Assembly: GCA_020184695.1 (NCBI GenBank)
Contig: JAANOX010000111.1
Coordinates: forward strand, 182,596 to 246,595
Origin: Histomonas meleagridis 2922-C6/04-290x
Taxonomy: Eukaryota > Protista > Parabasalia
Direction of reading: 5' to 3'
DNA: 64,000 nt
Shown here: one piece after another, positions 53,601 to 63,788 of the stretch
Position numbering within the stretch: the stretch's first letter is position 1
Layout of the letters: every line of letters begins with the position of its first letter
The notes under the pieces: model-generated
Told to the model about the DNA's origin: nothing
The model's database searches: none
Seen by the model: only the letters and a program-made list of their open reading frames with translations
Made by a program: the position numbers and the translations under genes

Positions 53601-55412
53601 TCATGCAATTTCAAGATGAGAGAACTCAAATGCGTCATCTCCGAGTATCTCACGCGTATACTCTGGATTCTCCTCTTCGTTAACTGTGGAACAATATATG
53701 TACACGCCGAATGCAATGCCGAGTGAAACAAACACGATAGCAATGAACGCAAACACACCCGAGTGGTCGTGGCGCGCGGCAGAGGAAGAAGCTTCGGAAC
53801 GTGGACTTTCGCTTGGTTCTGATGAGCTTTGACTTGTGAGCTCTGACTGAGCGCTTTGACTTTCTGACTGAGGACTTTCGTTTGTTGACTCTGATACTGA
53901 ACTTTGGTGTGTTGATTCTGACTGAGGACTTTCGTTTGTTGATTCAGCAATTGAACTTTGGTGTGTTGATTCTGACTGAGGACTTTCGTTTGTTGACTCT
54001 GATACTGAACTTTGGTGTATTGATTCTGACTGAGGACTTTCATTTGTCGTTTCTGCAACTGAACTTTGGTGTGTTGATTCTGACTGAGAACTTTCGTTTG
54101 TTGACTCTGATACTGAACTTTGGTGTGTTGATTCTGATTGAGGACTTTCGTTTGTTGACTCTGATACTGAACTTTGGTGTGTTGATTCTGATTGAGGACT
54201 TTCGTTTGTTGATTCAGCAATTGAACTTTGGTGTGTTGATTCTGACTGAGGACTTTCGTTTGTTGACTCTGATACTGAACTTTGGTGTATTGATTCTGAC
54301 TGAGGACTTTCATTTGTCGTTTCTGCAACTGAACTTTGGTGTGTTGATTCTGATTGAGGACTTTCGTTTGTTGACTCTGATACTGAACTTTGGTGTATTG
54401 ATTCTGACTGAGGACTTTCATTTGTCGTTTCTGCAACTGAACTTTGGTGTGTTGATTCTGACTGAGGACTTTCGTTTGTTGACTCTGATACTGAACTTTG
54501 GTGTATTGATTCTGACTGAGGACTTTCATTTGTCGTTTCTGCAACTGAACTTTGGTGTGTTGATTCTGACTGAGGACTTTCGTTTGTTGATTCAGCAATT
54601 GAACTTTGGTGTGTTGATTCTGATTGAGGACTTTCGTTTGTTGACTCTGATACTGAACTTTGGTGTATTGATTCTGACTGAGGACTTTCATTTGTCGTTT
54701 CTGCAACTGAACTTTGGTGTGTTGATTCTGACTGAGGACTTTCGTTTGTTGATTCAGCAATTGAACTTTGGTGTGTTGATTCTGACTGAGGACTTTGGTG
54801 TGTTGATTCAGCAATTGAACTTTGGTGTGTTGATTCTGACTGAGGACTTTGGTGTGTTGATTCTGATTGAGGACTTTCGTTTGTTGACTCTGATACTGAA
54901 CTTTGGTGTATTGATTCTGACTGAGGACTTTCATTTGTCGTTTCTGCAACTGAACTTTGATGTGTTGGTTCTGGCTGAGGACTTTCATTTGTTGATTCAG
55001 CAATTGAACTTTGGTGTGTTGATTCTGATTGAGTGTTTTGGATTTCTGATTCTGATTGAGGACTTTCGTTTGTTGATTCAGCAACTGAACTTTGGTGTGT
55101 TGATTCTGACTGAGGGCTTTCATTTGTTGACTCTGAAACTGAAATTTGACTTGTTGATTTTGATTGTGAACTATGGTTATTTGATTGAGAATTTTGATTT
55201 GTTGGTTTAGACATACTTTTATCAACCATTCTCATTTGTGTGGTAATTAATTTAGCGGTAGTATCAATAAATACTGTTGAGTGAAATTTATCATTTATTG
55301 TAAATTTTTGAGAGGGGACATCATCCACGTTATGATCAAAAAAATGTTTTTGTTTTTTGGTGAATATATTTTGCTTTTGGTTCTGTGTTAATATAAAGAA
55401 GAAGAAAAACAT
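53601..55412 (-). CDS. Mucin-like Ser/Glu/Thr/Gln/His repeat type I membrane protein
   Basis: Repeat stalk, C-terminal TM (VFAFIAIVFVSLGIAFGVYIYC), tail containing NPEY. Confidence 0.85.
   Translation of the reverse strand: MFFFFFILTQNQKQNIFTKKQKHFFDHNVDDVPSQKFTINDKFHSTVFIDTTAKLITTQMRMVDKSMSKPTNQNSQSNNHSSQSKSTSQISVSESTNESPQSESTHQSSVAESTNESPQSESEIQNTQSESTHQSSIAESTNESPQPEPTHQSSVAETTNESPQSESIHQSSVSESTNESPQSESTHQSPQSESTHQSSIAESTHQSPQSESTHQSSIAESTNESPQSESTHQSSVAETTNESPQSESIHQSSVSESTNESPQSESTHQSSIAESTNESPQSESTHQSSVAETTNESPQSESIHQSSVSESTNESPQSESTHQSSVAETTNESPQSESIHQSSVSESTNESPQSESTHQSSVAETTNESPQSESIHQSSVSESTNESPQSESTHQSSIAESTNESPQSESTHQSSVSESTNESPQSESTHQSSVSESTNESSQSESTHQSSVAETTNESPQSESIHQSSVSESTNESPQSESTHQSSIAESTNESPQSESTHQSSVSESTNESPQSESQSAQSELTSQSSSEPSESPRSEASSSAARHDHSGVFAFIAIVFVSLGIAFGVYIYCSTVNEEENPEYTREILGDDAFEFSHLEIA
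53866..55140 (-). repeat. 54-bp coding tandem repeat (about 23 units, ESTNESPQSESTHQSSVA) with a few shortened units
   Basis: Directly visible periodicity with alternating variants (VSES/IAES/VAET; T/I). Confidence 0.95.
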
Positions 55413-55429
55413 CGTAATTCACAAATTTT

Positions 55430-55439
55430 AGGGCACCCC
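55430..55439 (-). promoter_or_regulatory. Candidate core-promoter element GGGGTGCCCT, 17 nt upstream of the mucin-like ATG
   Basis: Identical to 29131-29140. Confidence 0.45.
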
Positions 55440-55570
55440 ATCATCATATCACTTTTGAAAATGGATTAATGATAATATGTTTTTAGTCAAATACATAATT
55501 TCAATCACGCCATTAGAAAAAAAAGAAAATGTACTGTCTAAAAAAAATATGAAGAAAAAAATGACAATGT

Positions 55571-56173
55571 TTATGCTTTTCCAAAAAGTCTACTAAAGAG
55601 TCCAACTTCAAGTTTAGTTGTGAGCATTGTTTGCAGTTCTGGTTGAATTTCTATTTTTTCTATTTTTTGTTCTTCATCTGATTCAAATGATTTCATCATA
55701 TAAACAGAATCTTCTCTCCTATCTCCTTTTACAGCGTAAAAATTAGGGTATATTTTTTGACCAAAGAATCCGTTTTTCATTAGAAATTGAAATCCTTTTT
55801 GATTTGATTTTTGAACATCGCACATAACTCTGATACAAGAAAAATGTTTCTTTAAAATTGTAAATGTAACATTAAGTAGTGCTTTGCCAAATCCACGATG
55901 TTGATATTTTTGTGCAATTCCAAATATATAAATATAACCATCTCTTGTTCCTGACATTCTACTAGCCCAAGCACAACCAGCAATAGAAACGCCAATAATC
56001 TTTTCATTATCTTTTTTCTTTGAAACAAGAACTAATGATAAGAAGTTTGGTCTTGCAAGTTGCTGATATATCGCTGAAGAGTAAGATATATTAGTAATAG
56101 AACTATATAATTTTTCAATTTCTTTAGTTTCATCTGGTCTTAATAAACGAACAGAAAATTCTTCTTCGCTCAT
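55571..56173 (-). CDS. GNAT N-acetyltransferase, NAA60/NAA50-like
   Basis: GYIYIFGIAQKYQHRGFGKALL (acetyl-CoA motif), F....FY; amphipathic C-terminus VGLFSRLFG. Confidence 0.82.
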   Translation of the reverse strand: MSEEEFSVRLLRPDETKEIEKLYSSITNISYSSAIYQQLARPNFLSLVLVSKKKDNEKIIGVSIAGCAWASRMSGTRDGYIYIFGIAQKYQHRGFGKALLNVTFTILKKHFSCIRVMCDVQKSNQKGFQFLMKNGFFGQKIYPNFYAVKGDRREDSVYMMKSFESDEEQKIEKIEIQPELQTMLTTKLEVGLFSRLFGKA

Positions 56174-56295
56174 TTCCTTTTTTTTATATCACATTTCATG
56201 GTCGTATTACTCATGAAGCCGTTTATTTCTTTTTTGACCATCTTTGTCCGAACAATTTTCGAGGAGGTTTTGGAGGTTATTTATAAACCACAAAA

Positions 56296-57090
56296 ATGAG
56301 CAAAGAGTTAGGGTTTGATTTTAGCTTATATTCCAGAAATACGAAGTTACTCTCCAAGACAGGCGAAATACCACATCTTAAAACAGGTACTACAATTGCC
56401 GCTATAACTTATAATGGTGGCGTTGTTTTAGGCGCTGATACACGTGCTACAGCTGGTCCTGTTGTTGCCGTAAAAGACGAATTCAAAATTCACTATATTT
56501 CTGATAATATTTGGTGTTGTGGTGCTGGAACTGCAGCTGATACTCAACAAATTACTGATTTAATTTCTTCAAAGCTTAGATTATTCCAAATGAACACTGG
56601 AATGCAACCACAAGTTGCTCAAGCAGCAAACTTATTGTCTAGCCGCTTATTTAAATATGGTGGATATATCCAAGCTGCCCTAATTCTTGGTGGATATGAC
56701 TACAAAGGACCCTCAGTATATACAATTTATCCAGATGGTGCTTGCTCCAAGGCTCCATTTACAACAATGGGAAGTGGAAGTTATGCAGCTGTATCTGTTC
56801 TTGAAAACGGCTGGAGACCAAACATGACCGAAGACGAAGCCAAGGAATTGGTTGCAAATGCTATTTTGGCTGGTATTACAAACGATCTTGGAAGTGGTTC
56901 AAATGTTAATTTATGTGTAATCAATGAAAAAGGATCTCAGTACATCAGCGGCTACAAGGTAACCAACCAAAGACAATTCAGAATGGCTCAACCAATTATT
57001 GCTTGTGAAATCGAAGTAATGAAGGAATCTGTTCGTCCAATTTCAGTTCCAGAAGTTCACTTGGAAATTCTTGATGGAGTTGCTGAGTAA
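56296..57090 (+). CDS. PSMB7: 20S proteasome subunit beta-2 (PSMB7/Pup1)
   Basis: Propeptide, then TTIAAITYNGGVVLGADTRATAG, CCGAGTAADT, GSGS, NDLGSGSNV. Confidence 0.96.
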   Translation: MSKELGFDFSLYSRNTKLLSKTGEIPHLKTGTTIAAITYNGGVVLGADTRATAGPVVAVKDEFKIHYISDNIWCCGAGTAADTQQITDLISSKLRLFQMNTGMQPQVAQAANLLSSRLFKYGGYIQAALILGGYDYKGPSVYTIYPDGACSKAPFTTMGSGSYAAVSVLENGWRPNMTEDEAKELVANAILAGITNDLGSGSNVNLCVINEKGSQYISGYKVTNQRQFRMAQPIIACEIEVMKESVRPISVPEVHLEILDGVAE

Positions 57091-57528
57091 TGAATAAACA
57101 AAGCACTTTTAAAACTCAGTTTTTTTTTTTTTTATGATTGACAAAATACAAATTACTCATTAAATATTCTATAAACTCATCTCATTCTTTGACTTAAAAC
57201 TTAAAATGGCTAAGCGAGTTTAGAATTTAAAATAAGATTTGATTTCAATGTGAGAAATAATGAAATATACGGAGGGTTTGGGGACGAAAACGGAATGATC
57301 CGAATCGAACTATGTTCTCCTATTTGTCTGATGGTTTCAGAATACGGAGCAACCATGCTCCGACCCTGTGTCCAACAATTTGAAATTGAGAAGCTTTGTT
57401 CGGTCCGACTTGGAAATGTTATGCGAAATCAAAAATTTTTGTTCAATACTTTACAAAGTTTATTTTCAGTGGTTTATGACGTGCTGTATTGAATAGGTTC
57501 GTCAGGTTCTTGCTTCATTTGGTCGAGT

Positions 57529-59181
57529 ATGAGCAATATCCATTTTGATTCACCAATCACAGGAATTTCGTCGTTTTCAAACCATTTTGTTGCAGGAACA
57601 GAAGAAGGAATTTATTACATTATGAATTCTAATAATTGTCAAATTGAAATGCAATTTTCATTACCTTCACTTACAGGAATTCCATCTCCACCAATGTGGT
57701 CAAGTGATGGTGATTTCATTTGGTGTTTTTTAGATAATACAACATATTTCTTTAAACCAGTTCCAACAGCAAAAATTGAATCATTCACATTACCAGCACC
57801 AATTGTAAGATTGTTTCCACATACAGATGGAATTTCAGCTGTTGCTCTTTTAGCGAATAATACAATTTGCCAAATCAAACCAACAACAGAACAGAGTCTT
57901 TCATTCTATGGTCCTTTTTCTGATGAAGAAAGGGTTATTTCAATTGTCAGATATGATCGCAAATTAGCTGTTATTATTGAAAGCGAAAATCCACAAATTC
58001 AATTCATTGATACAACAACTCTTGAAATGACAAATACAATTTATCTTGAAAAGCGTACGTCCAATATGTTTTTTGCTGTATCAAGTAGCTTTGGTATTGT
58101 TGTTTTTTGGGCTGATGGCCATTGGGAGAAATTCCTTGATTCACTTTCTTCAGTTGGTACATGTGCATCTGCAATTGATATCAGCATTAATGGCTCGCAT
58201 CTTTGCACATCATCACCAGATGGTATCCATATTTACGATCTTAAGTTTGATGCCGAGCTCCAACATCTTAACGTTCACTCAAACGGTTCCATCCTATTTA
58301 ACAACACAATTGCTTCTTTCTATGAGAATGAAGTCCGTGTTACTCCATGGAAAGGATTAAAAGTTACCACATCACGTGCATTAATTGGATCTGCCACACC
58401 TACAACATGTGAAGAAGTTAACATCGAACTTGAATATGATCCAACACTTGCACAGCCTACTACAAATGAAGTTACACAAAGTGAGCCACGATTTTCTTAT
58501 AAATCCATCGCTAATGTTATTAATAGTATTATGGAAAATAAATTTGTTCCACAACATATTATTGATCAAGCAATTGAACAATTAAAAGATCCGATTTATG
58601 ATGACATTCGATCATTAGCAATGTTTCATTTATCACCATCTATACCAATTGAAGAGATTGCAAAAGCTATAAACGAAAAGCGATTATCCGATGCATTAAT
58701 TCTGATGAAGAAGATACAAATTTCAACTCCTGAAGAAGTTTCGGGATTTATTCGATTAATGATGAGTATATTAGAAGAAAACGAAATAATTTTAGCGCAT
58801 TTCATAATGAAACCAATTGATCCAACAATATTACGTAATTCATTAAAGTTACTTAATTCTGATGAAGTTGATATGTTATTACATTTCTTAGCAAAGTTAA
58901 TGTCATCACGAAGAAGATGGAAAGATTTGAACGCTTCTTTAGCTGCAATTGATTCCATTACAAAATGGTCATCAATTCTGATAACAGAACATTTAGTTAA
59001 CTTAAAACTAAATAATAAAACAGAAGGATTACAAAACTTGCAAATGGAAATGAAAGAAGAAGCAGAAAGAATTGAAGCCGCTGGTAATTGTTGGTCAATA
59101 TTCGAAACACTCACAGAGAAAAAACATAATTTCCCGCCATCGTTTTTGTATCTTGTTGAAAAACTACAAATTCCTGAATAA
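57529..59181 (+). CDS. WD40 beta-propeller with Utp12-like C-terminal helical domain (SSU processome Utp5/Utp8-like)
   Basis: N-terminal WD-like strands; C-terminal LRNSLKLL...LLHFL...WSSILITEH pattern. Confidence 0.6.
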   Translation: MSNIHFDSPITGISSFSNHFVAGTEEGIYYIMNSNNCQIEMQFSLPSLTGIPSPPMWSSDGDFIWCFLDNTTYFFKPVPTAKIESFTLPAPIVRLFPHTDGISAVALLANNTICQIKPTTEQSLSFYGPFSDEERVISIVRYDRKLAVIIESENPQIQFIDTTTLEMTNTIYLEKRTSNMFFAVSSSFGIVVFWADGHWEKFLDSLSSVGTCASAIDISINGSHLCTSSPDGIHIYDLKFDAELQHLNVHSNGSILFNNTIASFYENEVRVTPWKGLKVTTSRALIGSATPTTCEEVNIELEYDPTLAQPTTNEVTQSEPRFSYKSIANVINSIMENKFVPQHIIDQAIEQLKDPIYDDIRSLAMFHLSPSIPIEEIAKAINEKRLSDALILMKKIQISTPEEVSGFIRLMMSILEENEIILAHFIMKPIDPTILRNSLKLLNSDEVDMLLHFLAKLMSSRRRWKDLNASLAAIDSITKWSSILITEHLVNLKLNNKTEGLQNLQMEMKEEAERIEAAGNCWSIFETLTEKKHNFPPSFLYLVEKLQIPE

Positions 59182-59362
59182 AGAATAATAAATGTATCTA
59201 TGAAAATGAATTGTAAATAAGTTTTTTTGTTATTGTTAAATTGTGAAAAACAAAAATCGTTTTAACAGAGAAAATGTTGTTTCACGAACTTAAGAAATAA
59301 TCTAAATACAAAAGAAGTTGTAATAAATATTGGAATAATAAAGGTAAACTTTTGTTTACTCA

Positions 59363-59578
59363 TTAATAGGCTTTGGCCCCACAGAAATCGCAGCGATTAA
59401 TTCATGCTTGCTCTTGCATTTGTTCTTGCATGGCGTGTCTCACCACAAACTGGACATTTCATTCCTAAATCCATTGACTTCTTGCAATTCTTGCATGCCA
59501 AAACGCACGATGTGTTGCTCCTGAAGAACCGCATACAGCGCATTTTGATTTACACCCAACGCAAACTGAAATAGACAT
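59363..59578 (-). pseudogene. PHF5A/Rds3-like zinc-cluster gene, frameshifted
   Basis: Joined frames: MSISVCVGCKSKCAVCGS.../LACKNCKKSMDLGMKCPVCG.../NRCDFCGAKAY*. CxxC spacing parallels PHF5A CEKCDGKCVICDS...CDECNYG...RCVICG. Confidence 0.5.
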
Positions 59579-60089
59579 TTTGTTTGTGATGTGAAATCGA
59601 AAATGCCACATGTGACAAAAAATTGCTCCCCTAGGCACTTTTTATTTTTATTTTTATTTTTTTTGGTGACGATATGATTTTTTGAGTGAAGTGTTGAACA
59701 CCGGTGTTGCTTGATTTTTTTTTATTAAATACAATTCGAACCATTAAATACTTATACCACTAATTAAAACAAAAATGCATGCCTAGGTTAATTAGCCAAT
59801 AAAAATATTGTTAACATAAAAATGTTAAATCAATAAATTAAATTGTATTTTATAAAAATAAGGATATCCGAAAAAAGTTAAGTCAAAAAAGAATGTTTGA
59901 TTTTCGGATCAATCTCAATTAAAACTTAAGCAAAAATTCTCATTCAAATTTTAAATAATTAAATTTATTTTATAATATTTCCAAATGAATAATATTTACT
60001 TATACAAACATTATATTGATACTTGTACATATGTAAAATCTATTGACTTGTTAAAAACAATAAAAACACAATAAAATCAAAAGTCACAT

Positions 60090-61015
60090 TTAATAACGTG
60101 GCATTCCCATTCTTAGCGCATTAATAATATCTGAAGCTAATTGTGGGTTTGGCTTATATTGCCAAAACTGTTCTTCTTCATCATCTGCATCCGACGCCCA
60201 TGGATTTACAAACGAAAACACAAGTTTTACATATTTCCATATGCGACAATGGAAGTTACATCTTCGTTCAGTTGTTGCATTTGGAATCTGATCTTCAATG
60301 AGAGGTGTTTCTAAGTTGTTTTCATATGAATGAGGGAGCTCTGCGATGTCAGCAATCACTTGGAGAACGGCTGATGGCGTTAGCGCTGATTCTTCAAGAG
60401 ATTGATTATCATTATCTGGTAAAGGTAAATGCGTGGAAGTGATTATAACCTGAGCGTTTGGACCGAACTGAGAACGGATCCATTGTTTAAGAGTGCCAAT
60501 TGTGTCTGTATTTTTGAAGATTCGAGATTTGGTGGAATTTTGTCCTTGGATAAGAATCCGTGTAGAATCTGAGCTGCTTGGAGGAGGCTGAGGATTGTTA
60601 TTGGTCTGAGGTTTGGGTTTCGGCTTTTTAATTGGTCTGAAGTCTTCATCATCTATAACAATATTTGGTTGTGGAATATTAAGGTCTATTGTTGAAAAAA
60701 ATGAAGAAAGTATTTCTGGTGTTGGGTAGTCAGTCCAAACATGTGCAATAGCTGGATTATTTGGTGCAAAATAGACAAGTGAAGGAATTGATTTAATATT
60801 AAAAATCAGCTGAAACTGATTAGTTCGTTTTCGTTGTGGTCCTTTGAAAGACGAAGAACAACAAAATTATATTGTAATGTAGATAAAACAGATTCATTTT
60901 TCCAAAATTGATCATGTTCTGCAGAACTGTTTTCCAATGACACTAAAAGAGATACATTTGGGTGCACTCCTTTGTAGTTCATTGCGGTATTTAAATCATT
61001 TTGAAATAGCACCAT
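60090..61015 (-). CDS. UBXN4-like protein (thioredoxin/UAS-like + UBX + hydrophobic segment) with one frameshift at about 60820
   Basis: MVLFQND... frame ends at 60806. The -1 frame from 60818 is open to 60090: IFNIKSIPSLVYF...TRILIQG...RIFKNTDTIGTLKQWI...SLEESALTPSAVLQV. Confidence 0.7.
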
Positions 61016-62387
61016 TTTCCTCTTTTTTAACGCTTTTGACCAGATTTTATTTTTATATAAACTATTCAAATAATGTAAATTGATTTTCATTTTGATTCAT
61101 TCCAAGCGAGAAAAAAAATTCAACATATAATGGTTTTGATCATTTATCTAAATCTTCAAAATTTAATTGCTAATGATAATCTATCCGAACTTTATTTCAC
61201 TTTCAATTTATTAACACAATTAAAAATATGAATTCTTTACTAAAATCTTTTTTATTTATTTATTATAAAATCAATAAATTGTTTAAACTTGATATCATTA
61301 ATCGTAATTCTTGTTGATAAAAAGGTTAATAATTTTTACCAAATTCTTAATCAAAAATAATTTAGGTATTTCAAACTTAGTAAATGTGAAAACCCAATCA
61401 AGAGATATGCGTACTTACTAAAATTCAATATACAAAAATGGTATATTAAAATTAAAAAAAAAAGTAAATATTTGTATATGGAAATATATAAAGATAAAGT
61501 GCTACTTAATTATTGTTAATAATTCCAATTATAATTTAGCTAAATATGGTTAAAATGATCATGTTTCACTATTCAGTGGGGATAACACTTACAACATAAT
61601 GTAATCTATATTTAACTTTCATTTAACAGAGGTCATTGCTGAAAAAAGATGGTTTTCTATCTAATCAATGTTTCCCATTGTTAGAAAGCTAAATATTATT
61701 TTTAAGAAATTATAATTTCTTTTTAGTAATTTATTCAATTATTTAATTTTAGATTTTTTCTTTCTGAAATTGATGGCATTCTAGCGATTTTTTTAATTAC
61801 ACATGTAACAATTTACAACAAAATTTATTTTTATTTAACTATGAATTTTTTAGTGTTTAATTTTTAGTTGAGGGGATGATATATTAACGTGCTCCGCTCT
61901 CCCAGAAGATGATCGCAAACGAACACTTTTGAACAGAAATATTGCTTCTCTAGTAAACTTTTTGATATAAATACAACGAATTTGAAAGTATAAAAATTTT
62001 TGGTGCAATGTTTTGAGACGATCAAAATCCATGCCAAGAAAATTCATATTTAAGAATCAGAGTTCTAATTTTATAATAAAAATTAATATGCATGCTTTTT
62101 ATAAACATTTACACCATTATGTTCGAAATCAATATGTCACTAAATAAAATAATTTGAATCATTTTCTTATTTCCTGAAATATTACACAACATTTATTGAT
62201 AGGCACAAGCCAATAAATCCAAACACATATTTTTCCACATAAAAAAGAGACTATACTACTGTTGAACGCCTGTTTTTAGAGATCATTTTTGTTTTCCATT
62301 TGAAAAAGTTTATCGTTTTTGATGTGACGGTTACTCAGAAACACAGGACAATTAACATTGGACAAAAATGTCATCTCACTTCTTATC

Positions 62388-63788
62388 ATGACTATTCTTG
62401 ATAAAGGATGGGAAAGAACCCAAATCAAAGTTTTCTCACGTTGGTGCGCAAAACACCTTGCCACTAAGGGAATCAAGTTCGAAAGCGTTCTTGACGAATT
62501 CGCTGATGGTGTCAAGCTTATCCAACTTCTCGAAATCATTGGCAAGGAACCAATCACTGGCAAATGGCACCAAGAATGCAAGAACAGGTACCACATGATC
62601 GAAAATGTTGGTATGGCCATTGATTACATCACCAACAAGAAGGGTATCAAGCTCGTTAACATCAGCCCAGATGATATCGTTGACAAGAACACAAAGCTTA
62701 CATTAGGTCTTACATGGTCTTGCATCAACAAGTTCGCCATCGAAGATATCTCTGTTGAAGAAGCTACTGCACGTGCAGCCCTTCTTATCTGGTGCCAAAA
62801 GAACACACAAGGTTATGAAGGTGTTAACGTTACAAACTTCACAACATCATGGTCATCAGGTCTTGCCTTCTGTGCATTAATCAATCGTTTCCGTCCAAAC
62901 CTTTTAGATTACAATGCACTCGACAAATCCGATCACACAAACAATTGCGCAACAGCTTTCAAGGCATGCGAAGAAATCGGACTTACAGTCTACCTCGATC
63001 CAGAAGATCTTGTTGACATCACACCAGATGAAAAGTCTGTTGTTACACAAGTTGCCGAATTCTTCCACTTCTTTGCCTCAGAATCAAAGGTTGAACAACA
63101 AGCCGAAAAGCTTAAGAATGTTATTGCCATCCAAAAGGAAATCAGCGCTCTTAAGGACGAATACGTTGCAAAGGCCAACGAATTCATCGCTGCTGTTGAT
63201 TCAACAAAGGCCCAAGTTACATCAGAAGAATATGGTTGTACAGTCCCAGAAGTTAAGGACAAGCTTATCGAAGTTATTAACTATTCCCGTGGTGTCCGCC
63301 CAGGACTTGTCGACCAAAAGGCAGAAGCACTTCGTGTTTGGTCACAACTCCTTACCAAGTGCAACTCTAACAATCGTCCAGCACCATCATATCCAGAAGG
63401 TCTTGAAGCAGAAACACTCAACGACAAGCTCGTCGACATGGATAACACAGCTGCACAATATGTCCGAATTGAACGCTTGCTTAACAGCTCTCGGTGAAAC
63501 TGCTACTGATGATGAATGCAAAGAAATCATCAACAAGTACACTGGAGGTGCTGAAACACTTGACTTCGATAACTATGTCAAGTTCATGCTCGAACGCTTC
63601 TCTAAGGCTGAAAACAAGGACACAACAATTGAAGCATTCCGCGCTATCGCACAAAATAACCCAGTCGTTACTGAGGCACAACTTCAACGCTTCTTCAGTG
63701 ATGAGGAAGTTGAATACCTTAAGTCACAACCCAAGAAGTCGATGGAGGTTATGACTTTGCTTCATGGGTCGAAAGCATTTACGCTTAA
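62388..63788 (+). pseudogene. Alpha-actinin (CH1-CH2, rod, EF-hand region) with an out-of-frame internal junction at about 63460 and a frameshift at about 63731
   Basis: WERTQIKVFSRW, DGVKLIQLLEI, LLIWCQKNTQGY. The +1 frame gives SELNACLTALGE...DFDNYVKFML...EAFRAIA; the last frame gives QEVDGGYDFASWVESIYA*. Confidence 0.85.

Noticed and set aside
53597-55225. Long overlapping ORFs (542 aa on -, 442 aa on +) suggesting dual coding
   Set aside because: A stop-free 54-bp unit keeps other frames open automatically, and both ORFs end near the array edges. Only the 603-aa frame has a TM anchor and tail.
38653-59181. Functional clustering of ribosome-biogenesis, proteasome and importin genes
   Set aside because: The genes are on mixed strands and interspersed with unrelated genes, as expected for a housekeeping-rich region.
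61945-61992. Minus-strand TATACTTTCA...TTACTAGAGAAG resembling my recollection of the human U3 snoRNA 5' region
   Set aside because: The conserved box A (GATCA) between the two matches is missing and no boxes B/C/D follow. Probably chance in AT-rich DNA; an Rfam scan would settle it.
59490-63740. Programmed -1 ribosomal frameshifting
   Set aside because: No X XXY YYZ slippery heptamers or evident downstream structures at the shift sites. Sequence error or decay is simpler.
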